A stretch of 64,000 nt of DNA from Trichormus sp. ATA11-4-KO1 (GTDB taxonomy: Bacteria > Cyanobacteriota > Cyanobacteriia > Cyanobacteriales > Nostocaceae), in contig JAHHIM010000002.1 of the NCBI GenBank assembly GCA_019358915.1, forward strand, positions 1-64,000, written 5' to 3'. Positions within the stretch are counted from its first letter, which is position 1. Every line of letters begins with the position of its first letter. The translations under genes and the position numbers were made by a program. This document shows positions 11,054-21,088 of this stretch, piece by piece. The notes under the pieces are model-generated. The model had not been told where the DNA came from and did not search any database. It saw only the letters and a program-made list of their open reading frames with translations.

Positions 11054-11774
11054 AAACGTAACTGTAAGTTTTGATGGTTTTAAAGCGATAAACCAACTAA
11101 ACTTCAGCATGGATGCGGGAGAATTGCGGGTAGTAATTGGTCCTAACGGTGCAGGAAAGACAACTTTTTTGGATGTCATTACAGGCAAAGTGCAACCAAG
11201 CATTGGTAGAGTTTTATTTAAAGGGAAAAACCTACGTTCATTATCTGAACATCAAATTGCTCGATTAGGAATTGGACGGAAATTCCAAACACCTCGAATT
11301 TACTTAAACTTAACCTCCCGTGAAAATTTAGAAATTACCAGCAACCGTAATAAAAACGTCCTTTCAACTTTATTTCGACAGTCTCAACCTGCCGAAAAAA
11401 ACAATATTAAAGGATTATTAGAAACCATCGGTTTAACACCCAAAGCAGACATCCCCGCAGCCTTACTCTCCCACGGAGAAAAGCAACGCTTAGAAATTGG
11501 CATGTTAGTCGCCCAATCCCCTGACCTACTACTAGTAGATGAACCAGTCGCCGGGTTAACAGACGAAGAAACTCATAACATCGGCGAACTCCTATTAACA
11601 TTAGCCCAAAACCACTCAATTTTAGTAATTGAACACGACATGGAATTCGTGCGTCAAATTGCCCGTAAAGTTACAGTCCTCCACGAAGGTTCAGTACTGT
11701 GCGAAGGCAGTTTTACCGAAATCCAAAATGACCCCCGCGTCATCGAAGTATATCTAGGACAACAGCAAGAATAG
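11028..11774 (+). CDS. urtD: Urea ABC transporter ATP-binding subunit
   Basis: GPNGAGKT, IGRKFQTP, LSHGEKQ, DEPVAG. Confidence 0.95.
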   Translation: MNAKILETENVTVSFDGFKAINQLNFSMDAGELRVVIGPNGAGKTTFLDVITGKVQPSIGRVLFKGKNLRSLSEHQIARLGIGRKFQTPRIYLNLTSRENLEITSNRNKNVLSTLFRQSQPAEKNNIKGLLETIGLTPKADIPAALLSHGEKQRLEIGMLVAQSPDLLLVDEPVAGLTDEETHNIGELLLTLAQNHSILVIEHDMEFVRQIARKVTVLHEGSVLCEGSFTEIQNDPRVIEVYLGQQQE

Positions 11775-11853
11775 ATGAAGAATTCTCCTTCTTCCTCCTT
11801 TGCGCCTTTGCGCCTTTGCGCGAGTAAATCAACTGCCATTCAACACAACGACA

Positions 11854-12552
11854 ATGCTAAAAATTTCCAACATTAACGTCTACTACGGCGAAAGCCACAT
11901 ACTGCGTAACGTAGACTTGAGCGTACCATCCGGGCAAATGGTATGTCTAATTGGACGCAACGGTGTAGGTAAAACCACCCTACTCAAAACAATTATGGGA
12001 TTACTCCCACCCCGCAGTGGCACAATTAACTTAGCAGGGGAATTAATCAACCCCAAAACTCCTGATCAAAGGGCAAAAATGGGAATAGGTTATGTTCCCC
12101 AAGGACGAGAAATCATACCCCGTTTGACAGTCAAAGAGAATTTATTACTAGGCTTAGAAGCTAGACGCAAACCCATAAAAAAACCAGAAATTTCTGAAGA
12201 AATTTTTAATTTATTTCCTGTCTTAAAAACAATGTTGTCGCGAATGGGTGGTGATTTAAGTGGTGGACAACAACAACAACTAGCGATCGCCCGTGCTTTA
12301 ATGGGACAACCCCAATTACTCGTCTTAGATGAACCCACCGAAGGCATTCAACCCTCTATCATCTTAGAAATTGAAGCCGCAGTCCGTCGCATCGTCGAAA
12401 CCACAGGCATTTCTGTTTTATTGGTAGAGCAACATTTACACTTTGTGCGTCAGGCTGATTACTATTACGCCATGCAAAAAGGTGGTATTGTCGCCTCCGG
12501 TTCAACCGACGAACTCAGTCAAGATATAATTCAAAGGTTTCTAGCGGTTTAA
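11854..12552 (+). CDS. urtE: Urea ABC transporter ATP-binding subunit (start trimmed to ATG 11854)
   Basis: YYGESHIL, GRNGVGKT, LSGGQQQQ, DEPTEGIQP; the upstream TTG start lies in an 8-bp repeat. Confidence 0.93.
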   Translation: MLKISNINVYYGESHILRNVDLSVPSGQMVCLIGRNGVGKTTLLKTIMGLLPPRSGTINLAGELINPKTPDQRAKMGIGYVPQGREIIPRLTVKENLLLGLEARRKPIKKPEISEEIFNLFPVLKTMLSRMGGDLSGGQQQQLAIARALMGQPQLLVLDEPTEGIQPSIILEIEAAVRRIVETTGISVLLVEQHLHFVRQADYYYAMQKGGIVASGSTDELSQDIIQRFLAV

Positions 12553-12683
12553 TTTTTCCATAAATCTTCTTTGAATTGCCGTAATATCGTCGTTAACATA
12601 GCCCTTCAAAGAAAAACCAGACTGATGTACTGTAAAATATTGCTGTACTAGCAACCTCCGCTAATAACTAGCTGACATAGATT

Positions 12684-13442
12684 ATGAGCTTTTCTAGTAT
12701 TCCTGGAGTTTTTTTTGCTGACAATGCGATCGCTTCAATAGCTTTGCAGATTAGTGTACTGCTATCAGGTATAAGCAATTTTTTACTCCCACTACCATCT
12801 GAAGAATATCAACCAATCAAAGCAATTGAGCAGCCTGAGCAAGTTCAAGAGTCTTTGCATGTTCAAATCCCAGAAACACGTAATGAGGAACTAACCCAGT
12901 GTTTGAGTAGGGTAAGAGACTTAAGAGCAAGTCGAAACAGCAGCGTTAGCAGTAGTAAAGTTCCGTCAAACAACCCAAGCCGAAGGCATAGACCTATCGT
13001 TAGAGGTAGTAAAGTCCCGTCAAATAACCCAAGTGGCTCTGGTATTGGTATTGGTACTAATGTTAGCAATGAACAAAGAATAAGACGACGTCCGGCAGTA
13101 GTGATAGAACCAACACCTCGCAAAATTAACAATTCAAGTAATAGTCGAGCAAGTTGTACTCAATGCAGTGTTCAGTATCCAGAGTCAGCAAAACGACAAG
13201 CAATAGAAGGCAGAGTGGAGATAGTTGTCGATACTGACGAGAAAGGTAATGTGACGAATGTGCGTCTTGTTCGCTCTAGTGGAAACCCCATATTGGATGA
13301 AGAAACTTTGAGACAAGCGCGTAGCTGGAAATTAAAACCTTCATCTACCGGTAGACAAGGAGTTTCAATAGCAACTGAATATGCTTTACAGGGTTCATGC
13401 CGTTCTCTCGAATTACAAGAACGCCGACGTTACCGCCAATAA
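12684..13442 (+). CDS. TonB C-terminal-domain protein (energy transducer-like)
   Basis: YPESAKRQAIEGRVEIVVDTDEKGNVTNVRLVRSSG..ILDEE..W is the TonB_C pattern; hydrophobic N-terminus. Confidence 0.75.
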   Translation: MSFSSIPGVFFADNAIASIALQISVLLSGISNFLLPLPSEEYQPIKAIEQPEQVQESLHVQIPETRNEELTQCLSRVRDLRASRNSSVSSSKVPSNNPSRRHRPIVRGSKVPSNNPSGSGIGIGTNVSNEQRIRRRPAVVIEPTPRKINNSSNSRASCTQCSVQYPESAKRQAIEGRVEIVVDTDEKGNVTNVRLVRSSGNPILDEETLRQARSWKLKPSSTGRQGVSIATEYALQGSCRSLELQERRRYRQ

Positions 13443-13509
13443 AAGTTGTCGGTAGGATCGAGGTCGCAAAGCGATCGCTCTCCATCCTTAATATCCCGCA
13501 GATGTACTA

Positions 13510-14540
13510 TAGCGTTTACTAGTCTAATGAAGTACACTAATTAAGATAAATCAGTGCATCTACTCAAGGGTAAAAATGAAACCATATTCCCTCGACTTCC
13601 GCCAAAAAATATTTGATACATACTTGTCCGGTGGAATATCACAACGTCAATTAGCAAAGAAATTTTGTGTCAGTTTAGGTTTTATTGAGAAATTACTAAA
13701 GCAATATAGAGAAACAGCAAATATCGCTCCTAAAGTTAGGACAAAACAAACTCCTCCAAAGCTCAACGAAGAACAAATGAAGATTCTTGAAGAAATAGTT
13801 GAAGCTAAGAATGACTCGACTTTATCAGAAATTCGCTCAGAACTCAAAGAAAAAACAGGAATAACAATTGGTATATCTACGGTAGACAGGATGTTACAGA
13901 GGATAGAAATAAGCCTTAAAAAAAAACATTGCACGCCTCAGAGAAAGAGACGGAAAGAGTTCAACTATTAAGAGTACAGTTCTGGCTTCAACTTCATGGA
14001 ATACCGGCGGAAAACCTTGTCTTTCTTGACGAAGCAGGAGCTAATCTATCTTTAATAAGACACTCCGCTCGTTCTAAAAAAGGTAAAAGAGCGCATGGCT
14101 CACGACCTCAAAAACGCTGTAAAAATGTCTCTATAATTGGAGCAATTGCTCTCAAAGGCGTGATTAGTCAATATAGTATTTTAGGAGCATATGACGGACT
14201 GACATTTGAAGCTTACATTTCTCAAAAATTAGTTCCAAAGCTGTGGAAAGGTGCTTGTGTAATCATGGATAATTGTTCAATTCATAAAGGGGGAGATATT
14301 GAGAAAATAATCGAATCGGCTGGAGCTAAATTGATCTATTTACCACCATATTCTCCTGATTTTTCACCAATTGAAAACTGTTGGTCAAAAATAAAAAATT
14401 TACTACGTTCTCTTGAGGCTAGAAGTTATCCAGACTTAGCAAAAGCAATTGAAAGTGCTTTTAATCAAGTCTCCTTAACTGATATTTATAATTGGTTTAC
14501 CCATTCTTGCTATTGTACTTCACTAGACTGAAAAACGCTA
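13510..14540 (+). mobile_element. IS630-family insertion sequence, complete, 1031 bp
   Basis: Inverted ends TAGCGTTTACTAGTCTAATGAAGTACA / TAGCGTTTTTCAGTCTAGTGAAGTACA; TA duplication at 13508-13509 and 14541-14542. Confidence 0.93.
13576..14531 (+). CDS. IS630 transposase: orfA (13576-13971) and orfB (13929-14531) joined by a -1 shift
   Basis: MKPYSLDFRQKI HTH; FLDEAG, IMDNCSIHK, LPPYSPDFSPIE DDE motifs; A9 run at 13918-13926 in the overlap. Confidence 0.9.
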
Positions 14541-14548
14541 TATTCCCA

Positions 14549-14884
14549 TCAAATAAATTCAACACGGCTATTCATATCATTTAAATCCAACCACTCCCAG
14601 ATCATAATCAAGCTGCGTATAATGTTGCCTATTGACCGACTACCTTGACTACAGTAGACAATACCAGCGTGCTTAACATTTGCCTGATGTAGACGCAGAA
14701 AGTCTGCATCCTGAGTGAAGATGACTCTACCCTCATTTAGTGCAAACAACACTTGTTCCTCATCTGATACAGAGATGAGTCCTTGTTCAGGGGTGGTAGT
14801 CACATCAATACCACGACGACGCAACCCATCCGCGATCGCATTACTGACATTTTCATCAAGGTGAAATCGAATCGTTCTGAACAT
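14549..14884 (-). CDS. DUF5615 PIN-like protein (putative toxin)
   Basis: FHLDENV...SDEEQV...RVIFTQDADF...HAGIV PIN-like pattern. Confidence 0.85.
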   Translation of the reverse strand: MFRTIRFHLDENVSNAIADGLRRRGIDVTTTPEQGLISVSDEEQVLFALNEGRVIFTQDADFLRLHQANVKHAGIVYCSQGSRSIGNIIRSLIMIWEWLDLNDMNSRVEFI

Positions 14885-15188
14885 TTCGATTTCCTAGTTT
14901 TTGCTGGAGTAGAGAAGGAGTTTGTGCTTGTAACTGTTTAGCAAACTCTTCATCATCTCGAATCTGTTGCCTAATTTCTTCTAGATGATCGTGGTAATAA
15001 GCCAAAGCCGCATACACATCAGCTAAGGTAATGCTGGGATACTGAGAGACTATCTCATCTGAAGACAATCCTAGTCGTTCGTGCCAGATAACAATATCCT
15101 GTACTCGAATTCGATGGCCGACGATATGTGGTTTACCACCACATACATGAGGCGTGATTTCGATGTGTTCAGAAATCACTGATTCCAT
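14856..15188 (-). CDS. DUF433 protein (putative antitoxin)
   Basis: TPHVCGGKPHIVGHRIRV...ITLADVYAALAYY; overlaps the PIN-like gene. Confidence 0.88.
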   Translation of the reverse strand: MESVISEHIEITPHVCGGKPHIVGHRIRVQDIVIWHERLGLSSDEIVSQYPSITLADVYAALAYYHDHLEEIRQQIRDDEEFAKQLQAQTPSLLQQKLGNRNVQNDSISP

Positions 15189-15298
15189 AAATAAATTAGC
15201 CTTTTAGCCAAGATACATTACAAATACTAATATTATGGCTTTTTTACCAACCCCTGAGACACTGTGAATTTTTCTTGGTGTTGGGTTAAAAAAGAAAC

Positions 15299-16462
15299 AT
15301 GAAAATCATTAAACCCATCACCAATTGGTTAGAAATACGTGCTAGTGCCCCTGCATATACTGGTTGGGTACTAGCGGTAATTGCTATTTGTTTTTTTGGG
15401 GCTGCTGTGAATACAATGGCAGGCTGGCTGTATGCGATTAGCGGCGTTAGTCTTGCTCTTTTGGGTATAGCAGCAGTTTTACCACCGCGATCGCTTGTTG
15501 GTCTAGTTGTCATACGCCACTCCATTTCACCTGTATCAGCAGGCGATGAATTAACTGTGGAATTAGAAATCTGCAATCAAACACGACAACCTGTAAGCTT
15601 GCTACAAGTTGAGGATATACTGCCCTTTGTCTTAGGAAAACCAGTAAAAACGGCAATTGAAACAATTAAGAGCCAAAGTAGTTACCGTTGGGTATACTAT
15701 CAACCCACTCAACGCCGGGGTATTTATCGCTGGCACACAGTGGAACTTGGTTCTGGCGCGCCTTTAGGATTGTTTTGGTGTCGTCGTCAGCGTGAGTGTC
15801 CAGTAACGGCGATTGTTTATCCCACCGTGTTACCTCTGACTACTTGTCCCTTGGTAGATGAAATCGGGCAAGAAGAAAGCATCAGCAGCAATTCCCGTGG
15901 TAGACCCTTGCAGACTGCCACGACGGGATTAGTGCGATCGCTCCGTCCCTACCGCATTGGCGATCCTACTCGTCTAATTCACTGGCGTACCAGTGCCCGC
16001 TACGGGGAATTACGGGTGCGGGAATTAGAAATAGTTACAGGTGGACAGGAGATAATTATTGCCCTTGATAGTTCTAGTAATTGGGAAACAGACAACTTTG
16101 AACAAGCAGTAATTACCGCAGCATCACTGTATTTCTACGCACAAAAACAGCAAATGCCAGTGCAACTGTGGACAGCCGCCACAGGTTTAATGAAAGGCGA
16201 TCGCGTGGTTTTAGAAACTTTAGCAGCAACCACATATCAAGAAGATTTTAGCACTAGCGATCGCCAGAAAAATCCTTTGATTTGGCTAACTCAAAACCCC
16301 TTCAGCCTCTCTTCCTTACCACAGGGTAGTCGTTGGGTATTGTGGCAGAAGACGACTTCAACACCAGAACAAACAGTAATTAATTGGGATCACCCTGGTA
16401 TCCTTGTGCAAAGCGAACAAGCATTGCAACCACAACTGCAAAAACCATTACGTGCATCATGA
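15299..16462 (+). CDS. DUF58 domain membrane protein
   Basis: Two N-terminal TM helices; LRPYRIGDPTRLIHWRTSAR signature. Confidence 0.88.
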   Translation: MKIIKPITNWLEIRASAPAYTGWVLAVIAICFFGAAVNTMAGWLYAISGVSLALLGIAAVLPPRSLVGLVVIRHSISPVSAGDELTVELEICNQTRQPVSLLQVEDILPFVLGKPVKTAIETIKSQSSYRWVYYQPTQRRGIYRWHTVELGSGAPLGLFWCRRQRECPVTAIVYPTVLPLTTCPLVDEIGQEESISSNSRGRPLQTATTGLVRSLRPYRIGDPTRLIHWRTSARYGELRVRELEIVTGGQEIIIALDSSSNWETDNFEQAVITAASLYFYAQKQQMPVQLWTAATGLMKGDRVVLETLAATTYQEDFSTSDRQKNPLIWLTQNPFSLSSLPQGSRWVLWQKTTSTPEQTVINWDHPGILVQSEQALQPQLQKPLRAS

Positions 16463-16484
16463 ACTCACTGACTAGAAACATGTC

Positions 16485-16692
16485 TTAAAGAAGGAAGTGC
16501 TGTTGGAGTCAGAAGTCAGAAGGAAAATTAGTGGTGGTCACTGAGCAGTTCGACAGGAGTTCGGCGAAGGCTACTTCGACAAGGCTCAGTACAAGTCACT
16601 CGAGCCGCTCACTGTATCACCTGTCGAAGTGGGGATTTAAACAGAAGAAAGAAGACTTCTTCCTTCTTTCTTCTTCCCTCTTCCTTCGTTAA
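16485..16692. mobile_element. TTAA-bounded MITE-like element with nested short dispersed repeats
   Basis: TTAAAGAAGGAAG ... CTTCCTTCGTTAA inverted ends; 3' part shared with 54120-54173. Confidence 0.65.
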
Positions 16693-16796
16693 ATTTACTC
16701 AGAACTCCTTAAAGGTTGGGGAAAAACCCCCATCAATAGCCCCACGAGGCTGAGGTACAATGCAAAGAAATATTTAAATTATGAGCACCGATCCCC

Positions 16797-17162
16797 ATGA
16801 TCTCATCAGAAAATAACACAAAATCCACCGATAAAAGCCTAGAGGCAATGCGGCACTTTTCCGAACAATACGCCAAGCGTACAGGAACCTACTTCTGTTC
16901 TGAACCTTCTGTGACCGCAGTGGTAATTGAAGGACTAGCCAAACATAAAGACGAACTAGGTGCGCCTTTGTGTCCCTGTCGCCACTATGAAGACAAAGAA
17001 GCTGAAGTCAATGCTACATATTGGAACTGTCCCTGTGTCCCTATGAGAGAACGCAAAGAATGTCACTGTATGCTGTTCCTCACACCGGATAACGAGTTTG
17101 CTGGAGACAAACAAGATATCTCTTTAGAAACAATCAAAGAAGTGCGAGAGAGCATGGCATGA
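16797..17162 (+). CDS. ftrC: Ferredoxin-thioredoxin reductase catalytic subunit
   Basis: CPCRH, CPCVP and CHC motifs. Confidence 0.96.
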   Translation: MISSENNTKSTDKSLEAMRHFSEQYAKRTGTYFCSEPSVTAVVIEGLAKHKDELGAPLCPCRHYEDKEAEVNATYWNCPCVPMRERKECHCMLFLTPDNEFAGDKQDISLETIKEVRESMA

Positions 17163-17551
17163 GCGAAATTATGCCCCAAGAGTTTTGGCAAGGTGTAGAA
17201 CAGTTTAATTCTGGACAGTTCTACGCCTGTCATGACACTTTAGAGGCTTTGTGGATAGAAGCAAGCGAACCAGAAAAAACCTTTTATCAAGGCATTTTAC
17301 AAATTGCCGTGGCATTGTATCATCTGGGTAATCGCAACTGGCGAGGTGCGGTAATTTTACTGGGAGAAGGCAGCAATCGCCTGCGACGTTATCCATCTGT
17401 TTACGGCGGCATTGATGTGGACGAGTTCTTGAGCCAAAGTGCTGCATTGTTGACAGCATTACAACAAACAAGTACAGACAAAATAAGCGCTGGTAACTTG
17501 GGTGATCATCAGGTTTTGCCTTTGCCTCGGATTGTGCTGATTAACGATTAG
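17159..17551 (+). CDS. DUF309 protein
   Basis: FNSGQFYACHDTLEALW...QGILQIAVALYH. Confidence 0.9.
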   Translation: MSEIMPQEFWQGVEQFNSGQFYACHDTLEALWIEASEPEKTFYQGILQIAVALYHLGNRNWRGAVILLGEGSNRLRRYPSVYGGIDVDEFLSQSAALLTALQQTSTDKISAGNLGDHQVLPLPRIVLIND

Positions 17552-17578
17552 TAGAGACGTTCCCTGTAACGTCTCTAC
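17551..17578. repeat. Palindromic short dispersed repeat GTAGAGACGTT...AACGTCTCTAC
   Basis: Perfect 11-bp stem; related copy at 47343-47371. Confidence 0.8.
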
Positions 17579-17709
17579 AAGGGTTTTCGGCTCACGAATT
17601 TGCCTAACCGAGCAGTATTGAGGTAATCCAGGATATTAAGTTGGGGAATGGGAAGCTCTTTCTTATTTCCCAATATTATTGATACAGAATAAAATCATTG
17701 CCATCAAAA

Positions 17710-18171
17710 ATGGAAGAAAATATCTTGGCATTTACCACTGAGCATTTGGATGAATGTGCTCAGTTAGCTGTTGAAGTATTCAACGGTGAACCGATGAATC
17801 AGCAATGGACTATGGAAACAGCGAGAATCCGGTTGCAAGAAATCCTCAACACACCCGGATTTGTCGGGTTTATATGGAGAAAAAAAGCGATCCTGGGATT
17901 TGTTGTTGGCAATTGTGAGCAATGGGAAAACACTCTTCGCTTCGAGTTGAAAACAATCTGTGTCCGGCCTGACAAACAAGCTCAGGGAATAGGAACCAAC
18001 CTGCTTCATCAACTAGTAGACACACTGTTAACATTCCACGTTAGCTCAGTTTATCTTCTAACCTTAAAAGAGGGACTGGCTGAGGCTTTCTATACCAAGA
18101 ATGGCTTCCACAAGAGTCATCGAGTAGTATTTATGTCAAATCAACTTGTTTACTCAATGGCGAAACCTTGA
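17710..18171 (+). CDS. GNAT family N-acetyltransferase
   Basis: ICVRPDKQAQGIGTNLL acetyl-CoA motif; AFYTKNGF. Confidence 0.88.
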   Translation: MEENILAFTTEHLDECAQLAVEVFNGEPMNQQWTMETARIRLQEILNTPGFVGFIWRKKAILGFVVGNCEQWENTLRFELKTICVRPDKQAQGIGTNLLHQLVDTLLTFHVSSVYLLTLKEGLAEAFYTKNGFHKSHRVVFMSNQLVYSMAKP

Positions 18172-18299
18172 GGTTTGGCAAAGCGTCAATATTTCAGCCA
18201 GTAGTTATCCCAAGTTACTCCAGATTGTAGATTTTATCTCTGGACAAAGTAATTGAGATAATTAGTATACAAGCTGATATCCTAAATTCGTAATTAATT

Positions 18300-18797
18300 A
18301 TGCAGCCCTACTATCAATTGCCAATATCACAGATGCGTCGCTTGGGATTTGCCTTGATGCTACCAGCAGCATTTTTGGGTGTGTTGACATTTCCTACCCA
18401 AGTGCAAACTGCTACTGCACAAACATCTGGGGAAAATCGCCCTCTCACCATCCGCTCTGATGTGCAAGAATATAACGCGAATACTCAAGTAATTACTGCT
18501 CGCGGTAACGTGCAAATGTTGTATCCTGCCCGTCAACTGCAAGCAACAGCAGCTCAGGCACAGTATTTCAACAAAGAACGTCGGATTGATTTCAGTGGCA
18601 ACGTTTATATTTTACAACAGGGGGTCAATAGTATCCGTGCGGAGAAAGTGACTTATCTGATTGATGAAGGACGCTTTGTCGCTTTACCCCAAGCCAACCG
18701 ACAGGTAGAGTCTACCTATATGGTGAACGATGCAGAAATTGGCAGTCAAGCCCCTACACCTGCCCCAGCGACACCAAGTTTAAATCGTTCTAACTAG
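18300..18797 (+). CDS. lptA: LPS transport periplasmic protein (OstA/LptA)
   Basis: Signal peptide; ITARGNVQ...FSGNVYI OstA-like; upstream of lptB. Confidence 0.85.
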   Translation: MQPYYQLPISQMRRLGFALMLPAAFLGVLTFPTQVQTATAQTSGENRPLTIRSDVQEYNANTQVITARGNVQMLYPARQLQATAAQAQYFNKERRIDFSGNVYILQQGVNSIRAEKVTYLIDEGRFVALPQANRQVESTYMVNDAEIGSQAPTPAPATPSLNRSN

Positions 18798-18825
18798 CAT
18801 CAACCACTAAGAAAGGACGCGAATA

Positions 18826-19554
18826 GTGAAAATTGTTTTAGAAAATATTCACAAATCTTACGGTAAAAAAAATATCGTCAATCGCGTCAATCTTTCCATT
18901 GCCCAAGGTGAAGTCGTCGGCTTACTAGGCCCAAATGGTGCGGGTAAAACGACGACCTTTTACATTGCTACAGGCTTAGAAAAGCCTAATCAGGGAAGAG
19001 TTTGGCTGGATAATTTGGAAATAACCGGAATGCCCATGCACAAAAGAGCGCGATTAGGCATTGGCTATTTAGCCCAGGAAGCAAGTGTTTTTCGCCAACT
19101 CTCGGTACGGGATAATATCCTTTTGGTGTTAGAGCAAACCAATGTGCCAAGATGGGAGTGGTCAAGGCGAATACAAGCTTTACTGCGGGAATTTCGCTTG
19201 GAAAAAGTAGCCAATAGCAAAGGAATTCAACTTTCTGGTGGCGAACGCCGCCGGACGGAATTAGCTAGGGCGTTGGCTGCGGGACGAGAAGGCCCGAAAT
19301 TTTTACTTTTGGATGAACCGTTTGCCGGAGTTGATCCAATTGCGGTTTCCGAAATTCAGCAAATTGTGGCACGACTACGCGATCGCGGTATGGGTATCTT
19401 AATCACAGACCACAATGTCCGCGAAACCCTCGCCATTACTGACCGCGCCTATATTATGCGTGAAGGACAAATTCTCGCTTTTGGTAATGCTGACGAACTT
19501 TATAATAATCCCCTTGTCCGGCAATACTATTTAGGGGATAACTTTCAAGCATAA
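18826..19554 (+). CDS. lptB: LPS export ABC transporter ATP-binding protein
   Basis: GPNGAGKTT, LSGGERRR, DEPFAGVDP, TDHNVRETL. Confidence 0.96.
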   Translation: MKIVLENIHKSYGKKNIVNRVNLSIAQGEVVGLLGPNGAGKTTTFYIATGLEKPNQGRVWLDNLEITGMPMHKRARLGIGYLAQEASVFRQLSVRDNILLVLEQTNVPRWEWSRRIQALLREFRLEKVANSKGIQLSGGERRRTELARALAAGREGPKFLLLDEPFAGVDPIAVSEIQQIVARLRDRGMGILITDHNVRETLAITDRAYIMREGQILAFGNADELYNNPLVRQYYLGDNFQA

Positions 19555-19721
19555 ATTAATCATTAATAATTGCATTTTTTATTTTTACCTATTAAAACCT
19601 AATTAATTCGTTTCATTTTCTGAGTTTCTGAAAATTAGTTGGTGATAATTATGTAATTTTAAAGAGAATATTCGTGCTTTGCTTCACCTGGGGTGCCCAT
19701 ACTTAATCTTGATAGTTCCTT

Positions 19722-20897
19722 ATGTTATCAAAGAAGCTCAAGTCTTTTTACAACCTCAATTCACTACTGCCTTTTACGATCATGGATCGCTACCTCACCA
19801 ATGAATTGGTGGCACCATTTTTATTTGGTGTGGGAGCTTTTTCATCACTTGGCGTGACTATTGATGCTGTGTTTGACCTAGTGAGGAGAATTGTCGAGTC
19901 TGGACTGCCAATCAACATCGCTATTCAGGTTTTTTTATTAAAGCTGCCAAATTTTATTGTTTTAGCTTTTCCCATGTCCACGCTGCTGGCTACTTTGATG
20001 ACCTATAGTCGTCTTTCTAGCGAGAGTGAATTAATTGCCCTGCGTGGCTGTGGTGTAAGTGTCTATCGCATGGTGTTAACTGCTGTGATGTTAAGTCTTG
20101 TAGTCACAGGCATGACATTTGTCTTTAACGAGCAAATAGCACCAGCCGCCAATTACCAAGCAACTCTTACCCTTGAGCAAGCCCTCAAATCAGATAAGCC
20201 CACTTTTAAACAGGAAAATATTTTTTATCCTGAATATCGGGACATCCCACAGCCAGACGGTAGCAAAAGTAGAATACTGACACGCTTATTTTATGCCGAC
20301 CAGTTTGATGGTAAGCGCATGAAAGGTTTAACAATTATTGATCGCTCCACAGAAGGTCTCAATCAAATTGTGGTATCAGAATCTGCCCAGTGGAACGCTT
20401 CTCACAATGTTTGGGATTTCTACAACGGCACGGTCTATTTAGTAGCACCCGATCGCTCCTATCGCAACATCTTACGGTTTGAACACCAACAACTGCAACT
20501 ACCGCGCACACCGTTAAATTTGGCAGAAAAAAGCCGGGACTACGGCGAAATGAATATTACCGAATCCCTAGAACAATTAGCAGTAGAACGGATCGGTGGC
20601 GATCGGCAAAAAATTCGTAAACTTCAAGTACGTATCCAACAAAAAATTTCTTTGCCTTTTGTCTGTGTAGTCTTTGGCTTAGTGGGTGCAGCCATGGGAA
20701 GTATCCCCCAACGGACTGGGCGAGGAACAAGTTTTGCTGTGAGCGTCATCGTAATTTTTACCTATTACTTAATTTTCTTTATTAGTGGTGCAATGGGACA
20801 AGCAGGTATCCTTTCCCCCTTCATGGGAGCTTGGTTACCTAACTTTCTGTTTTTGGGAATCGGTTTATTCTTATTGATGCGGGTTGCTCAACGGTGA
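19722..20897 (+). CDS. LptF/LptG family permease
   Basis: MDRYL...ELIALRGCGVS...GAWLPN YjgP/Q pattern. Confidence 0.92.
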   Translation: MLSKKLKSFYNLNSLLPFTIMDRYLTNELVAPFLFGVGAFSSLGVTIDAVFDLVRRIVESGLPINIAIQVFLLKLPNFIVLAFPMSTLLATLMTYSRLSSESELIALRGCGVSVYRMVLTAVMLSLVVTGMTFVFNEQIAPAANYQATLTLEQALKSDKPTFKQENIFYPEYRDIPQPDGSKSRILTRLFYADQFDGKRMKGLTIIDRSTEGLNQIVVSESAQWNASHNVWDFYNGTVYLVAPDRSYRNILRFEHQQLQLPRTPLNLAEKSRDYGEMNITESLEQLAVERIGGDRQKIRKLQVRIQQKISLPFVCVVFGLVGAAMGSIPQRTGRGTSFAVSVIVIFTYYLIFFISGAMGQAGILSPFMGAWLPNFLFLGIGLFLLMRVAQR

Positions 20898-20915
20898 AGC
20901 AGATAGGGGGATGGG

Positions 20916-21088
20916 CAGGGCTGTTTCATTCGCTTGTGTTGGAGATTTGTCAAGAGGATAATCTCACGCAAAGGCGCAAAGACGCAAAGAAGAATCAGGT
21001 ATTTCGGACTGAAGATGCCAAAATTTTCGGTCTTAATTGTGGATTTGCCCTTGCAATTTTAACCCTTTTAGGGAACGAATCAGCCCTG
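20916..21088 (+). mobile_element. 173-bp MITE, copy 2, with 10-bp target duplication
   Basis: TIRs CAGGGCTGTTTCATTCGC / CAGGGCTGATTCGTTCCC (15/18 match); GGGGGATGGG at 20906-20915 and 21089-21098. Confidence 0.9.

Noticed and set aside
11800..11853. N-terminal extension of urtE
   Set aside because: Starts in a CTTTGCGC octamer repeat; ATG 11854 gives the normal N-terminus
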